This document shows positions 49,011 through 49,097 of a DNA stretch of 49,097 bases, one piece after another. This DNA is from an uncultured Verrucomicrobiota bacterium (GTDB taxonomy: Bacteria; Verrucomicrobiota; Verrucomicrobiia; JABWAM01). How positions within the stretch are numbered: position 1 is the first letter of the stretch; the number at the start of each line of letters is the position of its first letter. The notes under the pieces were generated by a model that was not told the origin of the DNA, searched no databases, and saw only the letters and a list, made by a program, of their open reading frames with translations. The position numbers were made by a program, and so were the translations under genes. The stretch is taken from the NCBI GenBank assembly GCA_964475835.1, contig CAYYYL010000020.1:1-49097 (forward strand). The letters are read 5' to 3'.

Positions 49011-49063
49011 GGACACGAAGAGCACGAAGCTCTATACGGATTCCCTTCGTGCTCTTCGTGTCC
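49011..49063. repeat. Extragenic palindromic element, family B, perfect 19-bp stem; possible typA terminator
   Basis: GGACACGAAGAGCACGAAG-(15 nt)-CTTCGTGCTCTTCGTGTCC followed by TTGTATGTT. Confidence 0.55.
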
Positions 49064-49097
49064 TTGTATGTTCACCGTTGGTTGTCAGGGGTCTGAT

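Noticed and set aside
1-49097. CRISPR arrays, rRNA genes, integrase or transposase genes
   Set aside because: No regularly spaced direct repeats, no rRNA-like conserved segments, and no recombinase motifs were found. The palindromic repeats reported are single hairpin units, not arrays.

Overview
This 49-kb window looks like part of a bacterial chromosome. Most of it is GC-rich; a few genes and intergenic tracts are visibly AT-richer. I found no rRNA, tRNA or CRISPR array. Most genes are recognisable housekeeping genes, read from conserved motifs in the ORF translations: carA, glmS, frr, a CPC-type copper P-type ATPase, a MoeB/ThiF-rhodanese protein, the coaD-yceD-rpmF-plsX-fabH cluster, a RecD2 helicase, an ErpA/IscA Fe-S carrier, an HscB-like J-protein, ArfB and TypA/BipA. 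Between 24.7 and 33.2 kb lies a glycan-assembly cluster: a GT-C-like membrane protein, a GT9 heptosyltransferase, four GT4 enzymes and a WecA/MraY-like phosphosugar transferase, with an MscS channel embedded and several 4-nt overlaps between adjacent genes. The most system-like locus that the housekeeping genes do not explain is a compact operon at 13.9-16.6 kb. It encodes an SPFH/band-7 membrane protein, a 62-aa Arc-family ribbon-helix-helix protein and a TPR-rhomboid intramembrane protease. It is driven by a near-consensus sigma70-like promoter whose -10 region sits inside a perfect 28-bp palindrome, which is a textbook autoregulatory operator for the encoded Arc-like repressor. Other points worth a second look are a standalone CZB zinc-binding sensor-domain protein, three families of extragenic palindromic repeat elements, a CTCTCAACTCTCAAC motif shared by the frr and typA upstream regions, a 25-bp-stem hairpin built from ACAGGA repeats upstream of the MoeB-like gene, an MBL hydrolase coupled to an MMPL transporter, a gene remnant next to recD2, and an AT-rich island with a 26-aa hydrophobic micro-ORF. 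All calls rest on motif recognition and reading-frame context only; no database search was possible.
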